Assembly (NCBI GenBank): GCA_036172245.1
Contig: JAYWIR010000016.1
Span: 2,480,001-2,544,000 of the forward strand
Direction: 5' to 3'
Length of the DNA stretch: 64,000 nt
Origin: Raillietiella orientalis
Lineage: Eukaryota
Below are positions 26,631 through 40,079 of this stretch, piece by piece. A program made the position numbers and the translations under genes. The notes beneath the pieces were generated by a model. That model was not told where the DNA came from and did no database searches. It saw only the letters and a list, made by a program, of their open reading frames with translations. The first letter of the stretch is position 1, and each line of letters begins with the position of its first letter.

Positions 26631-27496
26631 CGCCGACGGCGGGGTCGCGAGCGCCGGGAGAAACAACTCTCGAGGCTTGACGGGTTTCGCTGCTCGCCAC
26701 CAGCGCCCCGGAAAGAAAGAAAGTGGTCGAGCAAGTGTCCGAGTGTCCGAGCGGGAGATGTCTTCGTTCGGAGTCGTTTCGAAAAAGATGAGGCTGTTGA
26801 GATCGGATGCCGGGAGCGCTCAGCGCGGCATCTGCGATGCGCTTCGACACTCGGAGCTGACTCATCTTTGACCCGTCCATGGAGCGAGTCGACTGCTGCG
26901 CTTGCAGGCCAAGCGGTGGTACCACCGTCGCTGCTACGTTCGTCCGACCAAGCAGGCAGGCTGCTACGCAACGTGTAATGCATCGTACCCTGCATATACA
27001 TTGTGAGAGACGTTATAAAATGTAATATACTATGCAGCGCAATACTATGCAGTCGAATACGAAATGGGGGTCAACGTCCTGTTGTTGTCTTGATCTGTCT
27101 TGGATGAAGGAGGAAAAATCCCTCGTAGTGAAGAGAGGCGTCATTTGGAGATCGAAGATCCTCCTGCCTATGCAAGGATCGTGAGTTCTGTACCCCTTGG
27201 TCTGTACCGAAGATGCCATGCGGCATCGAGCCGTGTACGCTACATTAAGCTCCCTTGGAAAGTTGACATGGCAGATTTGAAATCTCCTCCCCCCCTTCCT
27301 GCTCTGTGTGCGCGCGCGCGTGCGTGCTTAGATGCGAATGCACGTGTGGACGCTTTCGGAAAGCGAGGGGTAGTAGGATGCTGAAGGGAGGGCGGACAGA
27401 CGCGAACGGCCACGGGACGCGCCGTGACCTCGTGAAGCTCCCGTCGGCTCTGCCGGCAGCTGCTCACCGAACCGGATGATCCTCGAGAACGGAGCA

Positions 27497-27612
27497 CCCC
27501 ATTTCTCGGGTGCCGATGCTTCCCCGGGCGGGATTCGAACCCGCAACGCTCGGTACCACGCACACGGCTGACGATGGCGGGGCAACGCGGGGTCGCAAAC
27601 GCCGGGAGAAAC
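27497..27612 (-). mobile_element. Isolated SINE head plus flank, near-duplicate of 26558-26670
   Basis: CCCCATTTCTC...GCTTCCCCGGGCGGGATTCGAACCCGCAACG..GGTACCA...GGGGTCGC..CGCCGGGAGAAACA is shared with the C2 head region. Confidence 0.75.
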
Positions 27613-29034
27613 AGCATCCCGACTCGTCAAACACCAGCGAACTCCTCCTGCCGGACCACCAACTTCTCCCAGAAAGACGAGAGGGGAGGGGAGGCGAGAG
27701 GAGGGCGAAAGCAGGCGTCGCCGCCAGTCTGCCTCATCTTCGCGCCATTGCGTCGATGGTGGAGAGCCCGCTCGAGAGCGGAGAGCTCGTCCAAGGCCAG
27801 AGCGAGCGCAGCCGGTCGCGGTTGCAGATGGCTCCAGGCCTCCAGAGATCTTCATTTGCGATGGGAATTTGGGGGGAGGGGAGAGGACGGAGGCACCTCC
27901 GTACGTGCGCGCGCCTCCCTGGAGAAATCGAAGCTTCAAGGGTCCCTCGAAAGAGGTCCACGTCCACGCTCCGCTCGTCTCACCGGCCGGGGAAACGGGA
28001 GAGTCGTCTGGAGTCATCGAGATCGTGGAAAAAGGGCTAGTTCTGGGATTTGAGTGCTGTCCCGGACAAGGTGCCATGGCAACCCGAAGTCTCGCAGTCG
28101 CGACGGGCGGCACCTCCTCCCCCCCGCCCTTCCCTTCCCCAGAATCCCTTGGCGAAGTTCTCCGCACGGATGCTCGCGAAACTGTTTCGGGATCCTGCAA
28201 CACTTTTGCAGCCGCACCACTTGCCAAAGGAAGGCAGCTCAAGAAGGGAGGTTAAATCCTCAAAAATGTCCGCGGAAGAATTCCCGCTTCATCTTCCCGC
28301 TCGAGCACACGAGTCCAAAGCGAGGAAGGTTAGCGACTCCCCGACGCTTCAGCATGCCGGGATCAAAAAAAAAGAAAATTGGATGCGGATTCCTCCTCGT
28401 GTTCCAGCCTCTCTAATCTTATTTATGGCTCCTCCTCGGACCCGGCGTGATTTACAATGGGACTTTGGTTGTGTTTCCCTACGAGATCCGGTTCTACAGC
28501 GGGGAAAGGCGGGAGCTCGAAGCGCGCAAGCCGACGGGCATGCCGGGGCTGGACGCTCGCGCCGCGGGAGGAGGCACGCGCAATCACCCGTTCGGGAGTC
28601 CCGGGCGAAGGAACGCGGGAGCGCAAAGACGCACTTCTTGCGACTGCTGGTGCCGCTGCGCGGCGGAACAAAAGCAGGCAAAGGAAAAATCGACGGCAAA
28701 AGTGGGTGATGGATGCCGTCCTGGATTGCGCGCGGGGAGCTCCCCAGACGACGGGTACCGATCCGGCTTCCAGGGGGAGCACGAAAACGGCCGACGACCA
28801 GGCAGGCAGGCGGCGCGACCGCACGCTTGCTGCGCCCCTCCGCTGCCTCCGAGTCGAAAGAGGGGCCTCGGGGCCGCGAGCTCCCGCTCTCGGCCCCGAG
28901 GGCCGAATCCGTGCTGCCGTTCTGTCTGCCCCGCATCCCCCGTCCACAGCGCGCGACCTCGCCGCTTTCCTGCTTTCGTGCGGTTTTTCCACCTCCCTCT
29001 TCGGTGTCTGAAAAGACTTTTTTTGTGTCTCCAG

Positions 29035-29221
29035 GCAACTCCATCTCTCCCGAAGATTTCACCCTCGAATACTTGCCGCGAGTCTCCTTCAACCAGGTGG
29101 CTTCCTTCCCGTTCTACAGCCACCTGCCCACCAGTGAGATGGAGGAGTACCTCATGATGCTGCCCGGGAACCATCCCGTAAGGAAACTCCTGCCGCTGAA
29201 CGAGGGAAACCGCTCCCGGAA
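29035..29221 (+). CDS. Candidate coding exon (NSISPEDFTLEYLPRVSFNQVASFPFYSHLPTSEMEEYLMMLPGNHPVRKLLPLNEGNRSRK), gene unassigned
   Basis: Polypyrimidine acceptor ttttttgtgtctccAG, protein-like composition with C/G-ending codons, donor AA/GTATGA. Phase 1 in, phase 2 out, matching the next exon. Confidence 0.6.
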
Positions 29222-29332
29222 GTATGATTTCCTGCTTCCCTACGCTTCCTCCCCCCTTCCTTCCCTTCCTTTGAGATGCAATCGGGATGCTGTGACCGCC
29301 GGTGATTCCAACCTCTTTGTTTCTTCTATTAG

Positions 29333-29366
29333 GAAGTCCTCCACCTTGAAACGATCCTCATCCATG
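29333..29366 (+). CDS. Candidate 34-nt coding exon (KSSTLKRSSSM)
   Basis: Acceptor ttgtttcttctattAG, consensus donor ATG/GTAAGT. The phase-2 start completes AAG from the previous exon. Confidence 0.55.
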
Positions 29367-32300
29367 GTAAGTCTTGGGACGTTTTCTTCCCAAGCTGGCT
29401 CTACAAACTCCCTAAATCAAGAAGTGCCATCCATGAGGTACTCCCGGCAATCCCCTTCAAGGTTTTCGCCTCTCCAGATGGCGAGGTTTGGTCCTCTGGG
29501 GCAGCCATCCATAGGTAAGTGCGCATGGGATTGCTCTTGGGACGACGACGGCCGCTCCGCGGAGACGGCGCTTGCCTTGGCTTCGTCGCCACGTGGCACC
29601 CTTTGCGGACGTGGCGGCTGCGGGTTACCCCCAAAATCGCTTTAACTGGCGCCAAAGAGACGGCCGCGTTCCTTCCCACCCGGCACGGCTGCCCCTCCCA
29701 ACTCTGTGCGCTCCCGCTCTTGCTGCCCGCTGGCTACCCTGCGAAGCAGGGCACGAGAGCTGGAAAGTGTCGCGCGCCGGAGGCGCCTTTCGCGGCACAT
29801 GCGTCGTCGTCGAGAGGTCTCGGGGTTCGACGGCGCCATTGGGGCTTCAGCTGCTGGACCGGCCAGAATCAAGATGGCCTCTCCAGGACCCGTTCCCTGC
29901 CCCCTAACAGGCCAGCAAACCTGGAGCGAAGTTACGTTCTGCTTGACAAGCAGTCTTCAGTGCACTTCCGGGTACAATGGGCTCTCCTCCTCCTCCCCCT
30001 CCTTCTCCTGCAGGATGGATGACGGTGACGTCATACTCCCCGTTCACATCCTCCTCATCCCTTCATCCCCCTCCTTTCCCTCGGTCTCCGCAGCTGGATG
30101 AAAGACGAAAGATCATTCCTTCTCCTCCTTCCCTCCTCTCTCTTCCTCTTTCCCTCTTCCTGTGCAAACAGGACGTGGGAGGGGGGAGGAGAAGAAGCGG
30201 CAGGCCTGCTCTTCGGCAGGCTTTGCTCTTTTCGCTGCGGGGATCCAGGGCAGTCTGCTGACGTCGGCAGATCCCCTGAGCTCCCTTTTCAGGAATTTAC
30301 GCGCACGCTTTCGTTACCGACGATGATCTGTGATCTTCTTAATTTGAGTTATTTATTGTATCGTAGCAACGGGGACCAGGAGGTCTGACGATCCCGTCGA
30401 CTGAGCTCGGTACATTAAAGAGCGTCGGGAATGAGGAAAGTACATCTTCATTCCCGAAGAGGAGCCTCGTTTCGTCTGTTTTTTTCCCTCCTTTTTCTTT
30501 TTCTTTTTTTTTCTTGCTTCTGGGACCGACCCAGCCGAAGTGACCTCTTGAAGGCACCTTACCAGAAGGGATTTAACGGTCTGGATGTCGCTGGATCTTG
30601 AAACGGATGCGACAAGGGCACTCCCGACAGAATCCAAGGTGGGACGAAGCAGGATCGGGCGTCCCTTGACCCTTCCCATAAGCGCCGCGAACGTCACGTC
30701 CGGAAACACAGGAGCCGCGGCGGTTACCGTCTTCCCCAGGGGCCTTCGACGAGAGGGCGCCGCGGAGCAGCAACCTCCGCAGACGGACGCGCGAAGTCTG
30801 CGTGGGGACGCTTCCAGGGATCCCTCCCGCAGGAGTCGGACTCTTCCCCAAACGTCCGGAAGCCACCCCCTCACCCTCCACTTCCTTTCTCTCTGGGGTC
30901 GCCTTCCAATGACGGTCAGCATTCCGGATGGTGCACGCGCCAACTGAACTACCCGCGAGTCCGCTCGCGTACGTCGCCGTCCTGATGCCACCAGGCATCG
31001 GCCCGATGCCGAACGTAGGAAAGCGTGCATCCTACGGGACTCTTGCGGGCGGGTAGAGGAGCAGCGCGAGAGCCTGCTGATGCTCAGGGGGTGGCAGCCG
31101 AGGTTCTTCTTTTGCCTCTCCCTCTCCCCTCCCTGGAGAAGCCGTGGCGCCACGCAGGAGGAGAGGCCGGGACGGCCGTCACTTCCTCCTTTGCACACTC
31201 TCTGTGAGAAAGCTGAAGGCTCCTTCTCCCCTGGGGATCTTCTTGCCTCGCTCTAGCATATTCTATACCACCTCCCATCTCGACCGCTCCTCGAGCCACG
31301 GAAAGGAGGGAGAGGAGTGGGGCGGGGCGGGGGCTGAAAGACTCAACCTCGCGGAGCGTGCGCTAACGAAGTATCGTCCCGGACGGGGCGCAGCAGGAAC
31401 CCGGCGAGGAGCTACCCCTTCGCACTGCTCCTGCAATGAAGAACGAAGCTCAGGAATCCACAGGAAGGGTCGCATCTCTCCTCCCATCTAGGCTGGCACG
31501 TATCCTGGAAGAAGATAACAGCGATCCGTCGGGAGCACTGCGTTCCCGAAGGCAGAAAGCCGTCGCAGAGACCTTCCCTCTCTCGCCTCGGTTTCCAGGG
31601 TGACCTGGCGCTGTGAGTAACAGCAAGTGGCACGGCGCGATGGCTTTCAGGCCAAAGGCCTTCCGAGCCGTCAGGGACGAACGTATGATCTGGGGGAAGG
31701 ACTCCTTCCTCGGACACCGAGGGTCGTCGAGAAAGGAGCCAGAGGAAACGTGACGGAGGAGGAGGGGAGAAGCGACCCCTATTATCCGTGGTCCAAGGAA
31801 ATAAGCGAGGCGAAGAGTTGGGACAGAGTCCGGAAAAAAAGGACCTCTTGGGAGGGTAAAATGGAGGTTGGAAAAGAAGACGGAAGATTTCTCTCGTTGC
31901 CACGCTCCCATTCACGCAGGAAGGGGGGGGGCCTGTAGGAGACGGAGGGAAGAGGAAAGGTCCGGGGGAAAGCAACTTCCTGCTCTTCAGGTCCATGGAC
32001 CGAGGAGCCTTCACTCCCCCGCTCCAATCATCCTGAGCTGGGTGGCCGGTCGGTGGCCGGGGGTCAGCCGCGGGGCATCAAGGATGGGAGGTCAAGGAGG
32101 AAGGGTAGGGACGGGGATGGGTCCTCCTTTCCGCGGAGCAGCTTCGGGCTAGCGACTAATGCGCCTCTGACCGCCACGAGCCCTCGGATCTCCGCCTTCC
32201 CCTAGAGGTCGCAGAGGGGAACGGAGGGCAAGGGAAGTCCGATGGGGGGGGGGGGGGGAAGGACCAGAGAGCAGGGTGCATCGAAGAGCGGAGTCTCCCC

Positions 32301-32463
32301 TTTCCCGGGCTTGTGGGGGAGGAGAGGATGAAGTAGTGGCACCGCGCTCTCGGCAGCTCCAGTGCTCGCTCCGCTGGCGGCTCGGAGGAAGGAAGGGGAG
32401 AGGAGGAGACTCCAGGTGCACCAGGGGCCTCCCGAACGGCGCTTCTCGGCCCACCAACAACAG

Positions 32464-33869
32464 ATTCCTCCGGAGATGTTCCCGTCCGGCGAGCTGGGTT
32501 TCCACGCCTCAGCGAAGCTGGCGGCACTGCCCCTCCGTCCGTCCGAGGAGGCTTTGGAGCTCGACCGAACGAGCCATGGCGCCTACGCCGTCGTCCGGGC
32601 CACGAGAAGGCCTCCGGCGAAGACTGCGGAGAACCACCTGCCGGAGATGCCCTCTCCGGCGGAAAAGCTCTTGCGCGACCCTCAGGTTTCCCTCCTCCAT
32701 CACCCGGCTGATCCCCCTGGAAAGACGCGCCAACCCGAGGCGGAAGGGCTTCTCCCGCTAGGGTGTGGGGAGTGTTTCCGCCTCGGTGAGCTCTCCCTAC
32801 CGTTGTGCCTGCCGCGCGCGGTCCCCAACCGTCCCCAGGGATCAGCGCAGCCAGGTCAGTCGTGAGCGGGGGGTGGCGGCTCGTTCGCCGCCGGCTTGCC
32901 TCGGCAGGTGGTGCTCGACGTTCTCCCTGTGGCGCCTCCGTGACGGGTATGAGCTCCGAAAACCGGCCTTTGGACTTCTGTCAGATCGGGAGCAGACGCT
33001 TCCTTCCATCTTACCACCTTCCTCCCGCGGGATAATCACAGGTCTCTGGGAAGAGGAGAGGGGAGACGCGCCGCATCCCGGTTGTCCGGCGGCACCCGCG
33101 CAGGTCTCAGCAGGGGGACATTTACAGAAGCGACCTCTTGCCTGCGGGAGTCCCGCGTCCGGAAAGGGGGAAGGAAGAGAGACAAGGGGGAGGAAGTCGG
33201 TTGGCGACTGCATCGACATCGCTGCTCCCTCCTTCCTCCCTAATCCCCGAATCGCGCACGCCCGCCTTCCGTGGAACCCGGCCCTGAAGGGTGCAGACCT
33301 CGTTCAGGGTCCCGCAGTTCGAATCGCCGCGCGCTCGTCTTCCCGGACCGTGGTGCGAAATGAGGTCAACGGGCTAAGGGGTGTCGCACCCGACGGCGTA
33401 TCATCGAACGGTCGAGGTCGAATCTGCGAGACGGCCGTGCGCAGGTGATCCCGTCCGAGCACCAGAGGCTGCGTCTTCTCTTGCTGCACCCCCTTCCTCC
33501 CCTGTTCTCCGCCCCTTCCACTTCCGGCCGATGCACAGTTGCTGAGCACAGACTCTTTCGAGCCGCCACCTCGCCGTCCGCCGCCGGGACTGCACCTTGT
33601 TCGGATCCTCACGCACTCGGGATTCCACTGGACGTCTATGGCGATGCGGGCGTCACTGAAACAGGAGTGACGTGTCGCCATTGCGAGCCAAGAGGGGGGA
33701 GAGGACAGGGTGAGGAGGGCGCTCTCGGAGTGTAGGCGGCGATTCGCAGGCTTTTCTGGGGAGGTTCTTTTCCGGGGCCGTCAAGCAGGCAGGCTCTGCC
33801 CGACACCCAATTAGCGGGACTAGCGAGGAAACGGGTAGTCGGTCGAGCGCTTCCAGCCAGTCCTCGAAG
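32464..33869 (+). CDS. Speculative chain of low-complexity exons 32464-32685, 33308-33444, 33815-33869
   Basis: AG/GT-bounded open segments with compatible phases (0-0, 0-2, 2-0) continuing from 29366. Splice sites are weak and no domain is recognisable. Confidence 0.25.
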
Positions 33870-35549
33870 GTTGGTTCCTCAGCAGCACGGCCGTTTCCTC
33901 GGCGCTAATGGGGAGGACGCCTGGTGGTGGGAGAAGACAGGCACCGCCGTTCCAGGAGCAAGCGGCACATCTCTCACGGTGACGTTGATGAGGACGCTCA
34001 GGGACGTTTGGCGTCTCCAACTCGCTCGAGTCGAGAGACGTCCCTTCTCCCCGTCTGCGAAACCAGCCGGAACCAGGAATAACCCAGGTGAATGACGTGA
34101 GACGGAAGTGAGAGGAGGATCACCAGGACCTCTACTCTCTCTGCCGCTCCCGTGGAAGAACGCTGGGGAGGGACGTGCTCCCGCGCCTGTGGGCGCGCCT
34201 TCATCCAGCACTCCGTCCGATCGACCGGAAGCGAACCGTTGAATTAGGCGGCTTCCTTCCCTCCCTGTTTCCGAGGAGGTACCCAGGCTCCAGGTTTCCT
34301 TCCGACTCATGAGCGAACGACGGGAAGGAGGAGGGCAGGAGGGAAGAGAGTTCCCGATGTCCGGACGGGGAATGTGCCGGAAACAAGGCGAGCGCAGATG
34401 TGCAACTTCGAGCAGGTCGGCGATCCGGCTCAGCAGACTGTGAATCCAGGAATGGGGGATTGCAGGTGACCTGCTCGCTCGTTTCCGCGCAGCCGATCAG
34501 GAAGCAGGGAGACGGGCCGAAGGGCTCCTCGAGGCGCACGACGCATCCTCCGCACGGTTCACTCTGCGGACCTCCGTGTGCAAACACGCGGGGTCGCGGT
34601 CCAGCCGCGCCGACGCCGACGAGCTGCCTTCTTTCACGACCGATGCGGATTTCCTACCGATTGCGCGCCCTCCGGGAGGGAATCTGAGCGCGCGTTGCGG
34701 AAGACCCGGAGTCTTGATTAGTCCCGTCGCCTCCGGAACGCAATCGAATTAGCACTTGACACTATCTCTCCAGCTAGCTGGGGGCTCGTTTTCCTGTGTC
34801 CTTTGCGGCTCCGCATTCGCCCCTTGCAAGTCAAGGGTGGATGCAGGGTTGAAAGGAGGCGCGTCGCGGAAAGTGACGACCAAGTGGCGCCGTTGGCCAG
34901 GGAAAGTCCTCAACGAACTCTGAAGGAGATCCCAGGTCTGCAGATGGAATTTGGCTGGGGCCAGAGTCCCTCCCTTAGTCCGCCTTTTCAGCAGTGGGTT
35001 CATCTCCCGCTCTCCCGAGGGGCAAGATATCGCCTCTGCGGAGTAAGGACCAGCGTTCGCGTGCTCACGAAAAGTTCTCTTGTGACTCCATCTGGACGCG
35101 TGCCAGCTCTTCGTATCTGTGGGTACGCATTGCTCCTGGGAACCAGCATCCGCTACGCCCGACTGCTACCAAGTTTCCTTCACGACCGCGACATCGGCAT
35201 GGATTATGTGTCGGCCTACCCCCTTTGCAAGGGAATGCTTAACCTTTTTTTGTTGACTGAGCTCTTAGAGGGAGATGGAAACGCACAGATGCCGCTCGCG
35301 GCTTCGCGGTGCGCCTGCCAGCTCAAACAAACTTGTCAATCGCTTCTTCGTTCTCTTCCGCCCCGGAGGGTTGTCGGTCGAAAGAATGAAGTTTGAGTAG
35401 GTGCGGTGCGCGTTCCCGCCCATGAGAGTTTCTTCGAAGGGGGGGAGGAAAGATCATGGGCCCGCGAAGAAGAAAAAAGAGTATGCTGTTTCCGTGGTGG
35501 GCCGGAAACACATACCTCTGATTTATGCGTGCGTCCGTATCGAGCTCTC

Positions 35550-36800
35550 TCCTTGAAGATGGCGCCTTTCACGCTCTTTTGGGATCTCTTTGCCAGTTTC
35601 CTTCGCTTCTGCTTGTTGCTTCCCGAGTCACTCGGGATGCACTAATCGCCCAGTCTCCACGCGACGCGATACTGTTGGTCTGCACCTCGTACAGAACCTC
35701 CTTCTTATGTACCAATCCACTGGTGGAACGTTCCTTACCCGGCTTGACCCTTAATTTTTCGTGAGATGAATTTGGACAGTGTCAAACTGAGACCTTTCCT
35801 TGTCAGAAACTCAAGGGGATATGAGTGAATAAGAGCTAAGGAGAGCATCTCCATGGCAGCGGCTCCGCGTACTATATGAAGGATGACTTCTTGCCGACTT
35901 TCTGGTGTCTTCTCACTCCCAAGTCTTTTGGGCAGCAGCGTTCGAATGTTCGCAACACATCGGATCTTGCGTTTCCGTATGCCGGCCCAGCAGATTCCGT
36001 CTTTGCAGACCAACTAACTAGTCGCCCTTCCCCCACGGATCGATCCAGCGAGGTGCTTTTGAGCGAAGACCAAACCCGATACCCACCATGTAGCAGTCGA
36101 TTCATCGATCGGTGTTCCTGGATACAGCAGATGCTTAAATTTCGGAGAATGTACTGCAGGAGGAAGGAAGACGATACTTGGCTTGATGAGAAGCAATGAA
36201 GTCAGCAGAGTGATTGACACGTACAAGGCGCGCAAACTAAGATGGCGGTCTTCTCCTAAAAGCGGGAGGGCGAACAAGAGTGGATCGACCCACCCCTCTC
36301 AAAATGCGCTTTTGGGATGTAAAAAACACTCGGGTTCGATGCCTCCTTCCTGGATGTAACTCTAAAGGAAAAAAAAACAGCTGTAGGTTTCTGGTGGTGT
36401 CCTCAAACCCCGACCTCGTTTCATCTTTACGCCGGAATATTAAAAGTAAGTTCGATCCATGGCTGCGTCTGCAAAGACTGATCGGGCTTTGATCAAGGGA
36501 GGATTCGCTCAGTTATCCCAAATCTAAGCTGCTTGGCCTGGAAACCTCCTCCCCTTTCCTGAGGCCTTCAGCAGCTTCTTGGGCCGTTCTCATCGCATCG
36601 TTAACTACCAGAGTCCTTGAAGTTGATATGTAAAGTCCTCAATTCCGGTCTCTGTCGGAGCTCATCTCAAATCTGCCATGCAGATCAAGACCGATATCCG
36701 TCTCCTCGGTGTCCTTCTCCCTGCTCTCTGCTCCTTCCGGATTGTAAGTTAGGAAATGTTGGATGCCTGGAAATCAAGACGGATGTCCAGGTGCCCGACG
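35550..36800 (-). mobile_element. Decayed CR1-like RT relic
   Basis: Minus strand, in order: VFCRRSHGSNLLLIF (cf. GFxKGRSCxTNLLxF), PKDLGVRRHQK (cf. EKDLGVIVDxKL), RRGDW (cf. RRGDL). Confidence 0.35.
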
Positions 36801-38259
36801 CACGGAATTGAAGTTGAAAACTCTCTGGAATATCCGATTTCCGTCAAGAAAATCAAGACGCTAGCTAGGATCGGTTTCGGCTCCAGGAGGGAATCCCACT
36901 ATCCCGTTCGCCGTTCGACCAAGGGACGACTTGCTTCCGATAGCGCCACTCCCGCCAAACTTTTGGGCCAAGCCCGCCAAACGTGGTCGGCTTCGAAAGA
37001 GTTACCGAGACTCCTCCCTTCCCCCCCCCCACACACACACACCAGCAGTAAAAGCAAAACTTCGACGAAGGACTTTTTGGGCGATCTCGTCTTGGATCCT
37101 ATAATTTCTCGAGGCCTGCCGCCGCCGGTAGTCCACAAGATGAATACTCGCAAAAACACTCGCATCCTCCTTGAGAGCTATCGGACCACGAAAAGGCCAC
37201 TAAGACATGCAAAAAGAGAAAAAAGTTGCAGGATGAAATCTAAAAGTCCCTAGTCGAGTTTTTCTGTTTCTTACCTGAGGTACAGATTCCAGACAACACG
37301 ATGTCCTACTTGACTCAGTCTAGTGACTCCGCACTCCTCGTGAGGAGGTCTCGCTCGCAATTTATTCTCCTTGGCTTCGGAACTCAGAAAGCAAAGACAT
37401 CACAGCATCCTGAACTAATGGCATCTCGGAAATCGACACGCAATGCATTCTCATTTCTGAGGACAAGGAGATGTATCTTTTATCAACAGATCTTAACTGT
37501 CCCCTGCAGATCCAGCAGCAGAGGTGACGAAGCGAAAGGGCTTGTCTCCCGACCAACGGAAAAGTGCCGTGATCCCGAGAAGCGAAGCTGCTGTCGAAGC
37601 TGGTGAGCGAGCGGGATGCGCAACAAGCCAACTCTGCGTGCGGAATGCTGAGCGAATCAATTCGGTACATGAGGGATGCTGCTCACGGCATACAGATCCG
37701 CGGAAGATTAAATATCTTGTAATGTCGCGATTGATCTGCACTCGGTGACAGGAGAGAGAGAGAGAGAGGCAGGTTCTCGAGATTCGAGGCGCCTTCCCGC
37801 AGGGACCTGATTGGGATGCGCGGACGGAATCGTGCGGATGGTGCGAGAAGCTGTTGCGGCGCCGGCACCTCATTCGATTCAGCCCGGCTTTCGCCAGGCA
37901 AAGAGCCGCTCCGCAGGACCGCATCTTCCGTTCCGAAATACGCCATCACTTGTCCATCCCCCGTCCTTCCGGGGGTCCTCGTCTGCGAAGATGGGCCGGA
38001 GGCGGGGGACGAAAAGCGACGGACGAACAAGAAGAAGCGGCCCTTAATAGATGGGAGCGCGTTTTTCTGGAAGTTTCGGTGGCTGTGGAGTAATCTTTGA
38101 ATGTCCAGCTACCTCATCATCATGCATGGTAGTAGCTACTGATTCGGAAAGATAGCTGAAGGTGTTTATTTGTGGTGAGACGGGTGTTCTTCCCAGACGG
38201 ATTCGTGCAGCCTAGGAGGTGACTTGATCGACCATAGTGAAGCAAAAGGATGATGGGAA

Positions 38260-39035
38260 TTCTGGGAATCCTTTGGGTTCTTTTCTTCTGGATGCTTTCC
38301 TTCCAGCTGTTTTTTTTTTTCCTTTTTTTTTGGTTTGCTACATGTTGAGGAACCGTCCGCCACCTTACAGGGGCCTCCGGAAGCTCTCCTTTAGCGCTGC
38401 CCATGCCACCCGAAAGTGCATGCAGATCAACCGTACAAGCTATGGGAGGTATCCCGGGAGGGGAGGGGACCCCTATGAATCTAGAAAGGCTTCCGAAGAA
38501 GGAGTCCGTGAAAGCGTAAAAGGAATGGAGGAGCGTTCCCGCCCAAGAGTAAGAGCAGCAGACTTCTTTCCTCTCACGCTCGGGACTGAATCCCGAAGGG
38601 AAACTCCCTCCCTGGTTCTCTACGAAGGGAATTCGGAAAGGATCCGCTCCGGAATTTTCTTCTCCGGAGGGAACCTGCAAGGGAACCACTCCGTTTCCTC
38701 CTCGAAATAGAACCCCGAAGGGACGCTTCCTGATTTCTCCGAAGACCGTTCTTCCCGAAGGGAGCAGAGCACTTCTTGCCACTCTGGAGAGCCAACTACC
38801 CGAGGTATCGACCAGCTCGTGGAACGGCTCCCTTTTCGCAACAAGCAAGGAATTTCGGAAGGGAATCGGCTCCTTGATTCCTGAAGTACCTGGGAGGGTA
38901 GATTTCTGACCCCTGTCAGTCAACGAGGGGCAGCCGCAACCAAAGTCTACAGGCCAACCAGTGTCATCTTGCGGAGGGGACTTGGAACCCACGATGCTTG
39001 AACCCAAGCGCGGGGACCCCGCAGCCACGCGGTCC
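38260..39035 (-). mobile_element. tRNA-headed SINE-like element, copy C3 (short-head type)
   Basis: Reverse complement: GTGGCTGCGG...GTGGGTTCCAAGTCCCCTCCGCAAGATGACACTGG, core GCTCCCTTCGGGAAG / GTCCCTTCGGGGTT, 3' GCACTTTCGGGTGGCATGG, then an A-rich tract and GCTGGAAGGAAAGCA shared with C4. Confidence 0.8.
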
Positions 39036-40079
39036 CAAGTCTGTGGCATCACGGGAGCTGCAGGCCGGCTGCAGGGAAGGAACGACCCCAGGAACCGGGA
39101 AGCAGCCTGTCGAAGCTCTGAAAAGGGAATACCGCGAAAATCAAAACCAGGCACTCGGGGTCGGGAAACCAGAGGACGCGCGCATATGCACTTCTTTCCT
39201 CCTAACTTCATTTGGTTGGTGGGGAAGGAGCTTTAGGGGGGACTTCCGCTTCCCTCTGGATCCTCGATGTGCAAACGCGAAAAATCCGACGCATCCGAGG
39301 GACACACGCAGGGATGAAGTGACCCGAATGCTGGAGGTCGACGTCAACGTGCAAGCGGGCACCCTGGAACTGGAAGCACACGCAGAGGGTTCCCGTGGTG
39401 ACGATACTACGAGTGCCGCATTTCTGGAGGGCCTTCGAGGTATCCTGAAGCAAAGGGGGATCCCCTGGATGAGGGAGGGGGGGGAGGCGTGTCCACACGA
39501 TCGGCACCGGTGTGAGCTCAAACACTTACACGAACATGAACCCGCGTCGCAGCAGCAGGTGCGTGATGGAGAATTAAACGTGCAGTTTCCAAACGTCCCC
39601 ACATGTGAAGCTCTTGTCACGCGATCCCGGAGCAGAATCGCCGTGGTTCCGTCTCCTGCTCATTCTCCTGCCCGCTAATGAAAATTTCATCATCGAAGCC
39701 GGAGGAGCATGAGGTCGCGATCGTAACTCGAACTTGATGAACTTCTGATCCGCGCAATGCCAGAGAAATTGAAAATTCTCCTCCGGAAGGCTGGCGAGGG
39801 ACCCCGGCGCTCCCAGCTAATAAGCGGGAGCTGCGCGGGCGAACAGCCCTTCGCGTCTCACAAAGTCTTCGAGCGTTTAACAATTCAGGAGGGAAGCCGC
39901 GAGCGGTGGCCGACTAATGGAAGCGGCGAGAGGGAGTCACGCACCATCCTGTCCGCTCCTCGAAGGAAGAGGTCCCGACCGGGAAACTTTCGGAGCATGG
40001 CGACCCGCTGACCGGGGCGGCGATCCCCTTCCTGAGGGAGGACGGCGAGTCCTCGAGAAGGACGGACGCTTCCACTCCC

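Noticed and set aside
38120..39211. 363-aa minus-strand ORF through SINE copy C3, similar in part to ORF 22924-23259 in C1
   Set aside because: The similarity follows from nucleotide homology, and the frame is not kept in other copies. The matching 195/239-aa antisense ORFs of C5/C7 are not independent evidence.
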